31,565 bases of DNA from Gemmatimonadaceae bacterium (GTDB taxonomy: Bacteria > Gemmatimonadota > Gemmatimonadetes > Gemmatimonadales > Gemmatimonadaceae), in assembly GCA_040902005.1 (NCBI GenBank), contig JBBDYA010000133.1, positions 6,318 through 37,882 on the forward strand. Reading direction: 5' to 3'. Positions 30,515 to 31,565 of the stretch are shown in pieces. Under the pieces are notes generated by a model that was not told where the DNA came from, did not search any database, and saw only the letters and a list, made by a program, of their open reading frames with translations. Each line of letters opens with the position of its first letter. Within the stretch, counting starts at the first letter, position 1. The translations under genes and the position numbers were made by a program.

Positions 30515-31565
30515 GTGCGGAGCGCCGCGACGACGGCCGCGACGAGCGTGTCGTCCTCGTCGGGCAGCACCGTGCGGACGTCGAGACGCAGCTTCCCGTC
30601 CACGATGCGTCCGATGACGGCAGGCTCGCCACGCCGCAACCGCTGCTCCAGGGCTTCCGCGGGCGCCGGGAACGCCAGTGCCACGGAGGGAATGCGGACG
30701 TTCGGAAAGGCGCCACCGCCCACGCTGCCCTCGCTCTCGACGACCTCCACCCCGCCACCGATCCGCTCGCGCAGCGCGCCGGCGCGTCGCCGAAGGTCCG
30801 TCAGCGGCGTGGCCAGCATCGCGAGCACCGGGATGTCGCGCCGCGCGCGCGCCGGGTCGCGGTACAGGGCGAGCGTCGCCTCCAGTGCCGCCAGCGTCAA
30901 CTTGTCCACGCGCAGCGCTCGCGCGAGCGGGTTGTCGCGCAACCGGGCCACGGCGGCGGCGGTTCCGAGCACGATGCCGGCCTGCGGTCCCCCCAGCAGC
31001 TTGTCGCCGCTCATGGTCACGAGCGTGGCGCCGGCGCGAACCGCCTCGCCGGCGGTCGGTTCGCCGGTGAGCCCGAGCTCGTCCAGTGGGATCAGTAGCC
31101 CGCTGCCCAGGTCATGGATGAGTGGCACGCCGCGCGCGGCGGCGAGCGTCGCGAGCGCGCGCGGCTCCACCTCGGCCACGAACCCTTCCATCGCGAAGTT
31201 GCTGCGGTGCACCTTCATGATCGCGCCCGCATCGCCCTGGAGGGCGTCTTCGTAGTCGCTAACGTGCGTGCGGTTGGTGGTGCCGACCTCCACGAGGCGG
31301 GCGCCGCTGCGTTCCATGATTTCCGGAATGCGGAAGCTCCCGCCGATCTCCACCAGCTCGCCGCGCGAGATGATCACGCCGCGGCCGGCCGCGAGCGCGT
31401 TCAACGCGAGGACGAGGGCACCGGCGTTGTTGTTCACGACCAGCGCGTCTTCCGCGCCCGTCAGCTCGCGCAGCAGCGCGACACAGTGTGTGTACCTGGA
31501 GCCGCGCGCGCCGGCGTCCACGTCGTACTCCAGGTTGGAGTAGCCGGCCGCCGCCCGCTGCACGG
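30511..31565 (-). CDS. selA: L-seryl-tRNA(Sec) selenium transferase (5'-truncated at the window edge)
   Basis: YSNLEYD..RGSR, VVNNNA, SRGELVEIGGSFRIP, EVGTTNRTH, KVHRSNF, DLGSG, SGDKLLGGPQAG, RALRVDK. Confidence 0.95.
   Translation of the reverse strand, partial: VQRAAAGYSNLEYDVDAGARGSRYTHCVALLRELTGAEDALVVNNNAGALVLALNALAAGRGVIISRGELVEIGGSFRIPEIMERSGARLVEVGTTNRTHVSDYEDALQGDAGAIMKVHRSNFAMEGFVAEVEPRALATLAAARGVPLIHDLGSGLLIPLDELGLTGEPTAGEAVRAGATLVTMSGDKLLGGPQAGIVLGTAAAVARLRDNPLARALRVDKLTLAALEATLALYRDPARARRDIPVLAMLATPLTDLRRRAGALRERIGGGVEVVESEGSVGGGAFPNVRIPSVALAFPAPAEALEQRLRRGEPAVIGRIVDGKLRLDVRTVLPDEDDTLVAAVVAALRT

Overview
High-GC bacterial chromosomal segment. Gene content and protein styles resemble Gemmatimonadota (inference; no 16S in the window). 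It is mostly core genes: ispE (truncated by a poly-C end), a UPF0104 membrane protein, pdxJ, mce, trxA, rsmI, a JAB-DinG helicase, an FAH-family protein, a PLP aminotransferase, lexA, gltX, two tRNA-Ser genes, a DUF2723 GT-C protein, purH, purN, a gmhB-like phosphatase and selA (partial). No integrase, transposase, CRISPR array or rRNA was seen. The most interesting items are: (1) a 564-aa protein with three tandem Hpt-like helices in which the phospho-acceptor His is Arg every time; (2) a translationally coupled envelope operon (DUF4159, DUF4175-like coiled coil, TPR, secreted GATase1-like protein); (3) a three-gene lipoprotein/membrane cassette between the two tRNA-Ser genes, next to a ~210-nt nested repeat element; (4) a lexA promoter flanked by two similar candidate operators; (5) a terminator 14 nt before an SD-less gltX. 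Two frameshifts and one apparent gene fusion fall on G/C homopolymers and may be assembly artefacts. All family calls come from motif recognition by eye, not from database searches.
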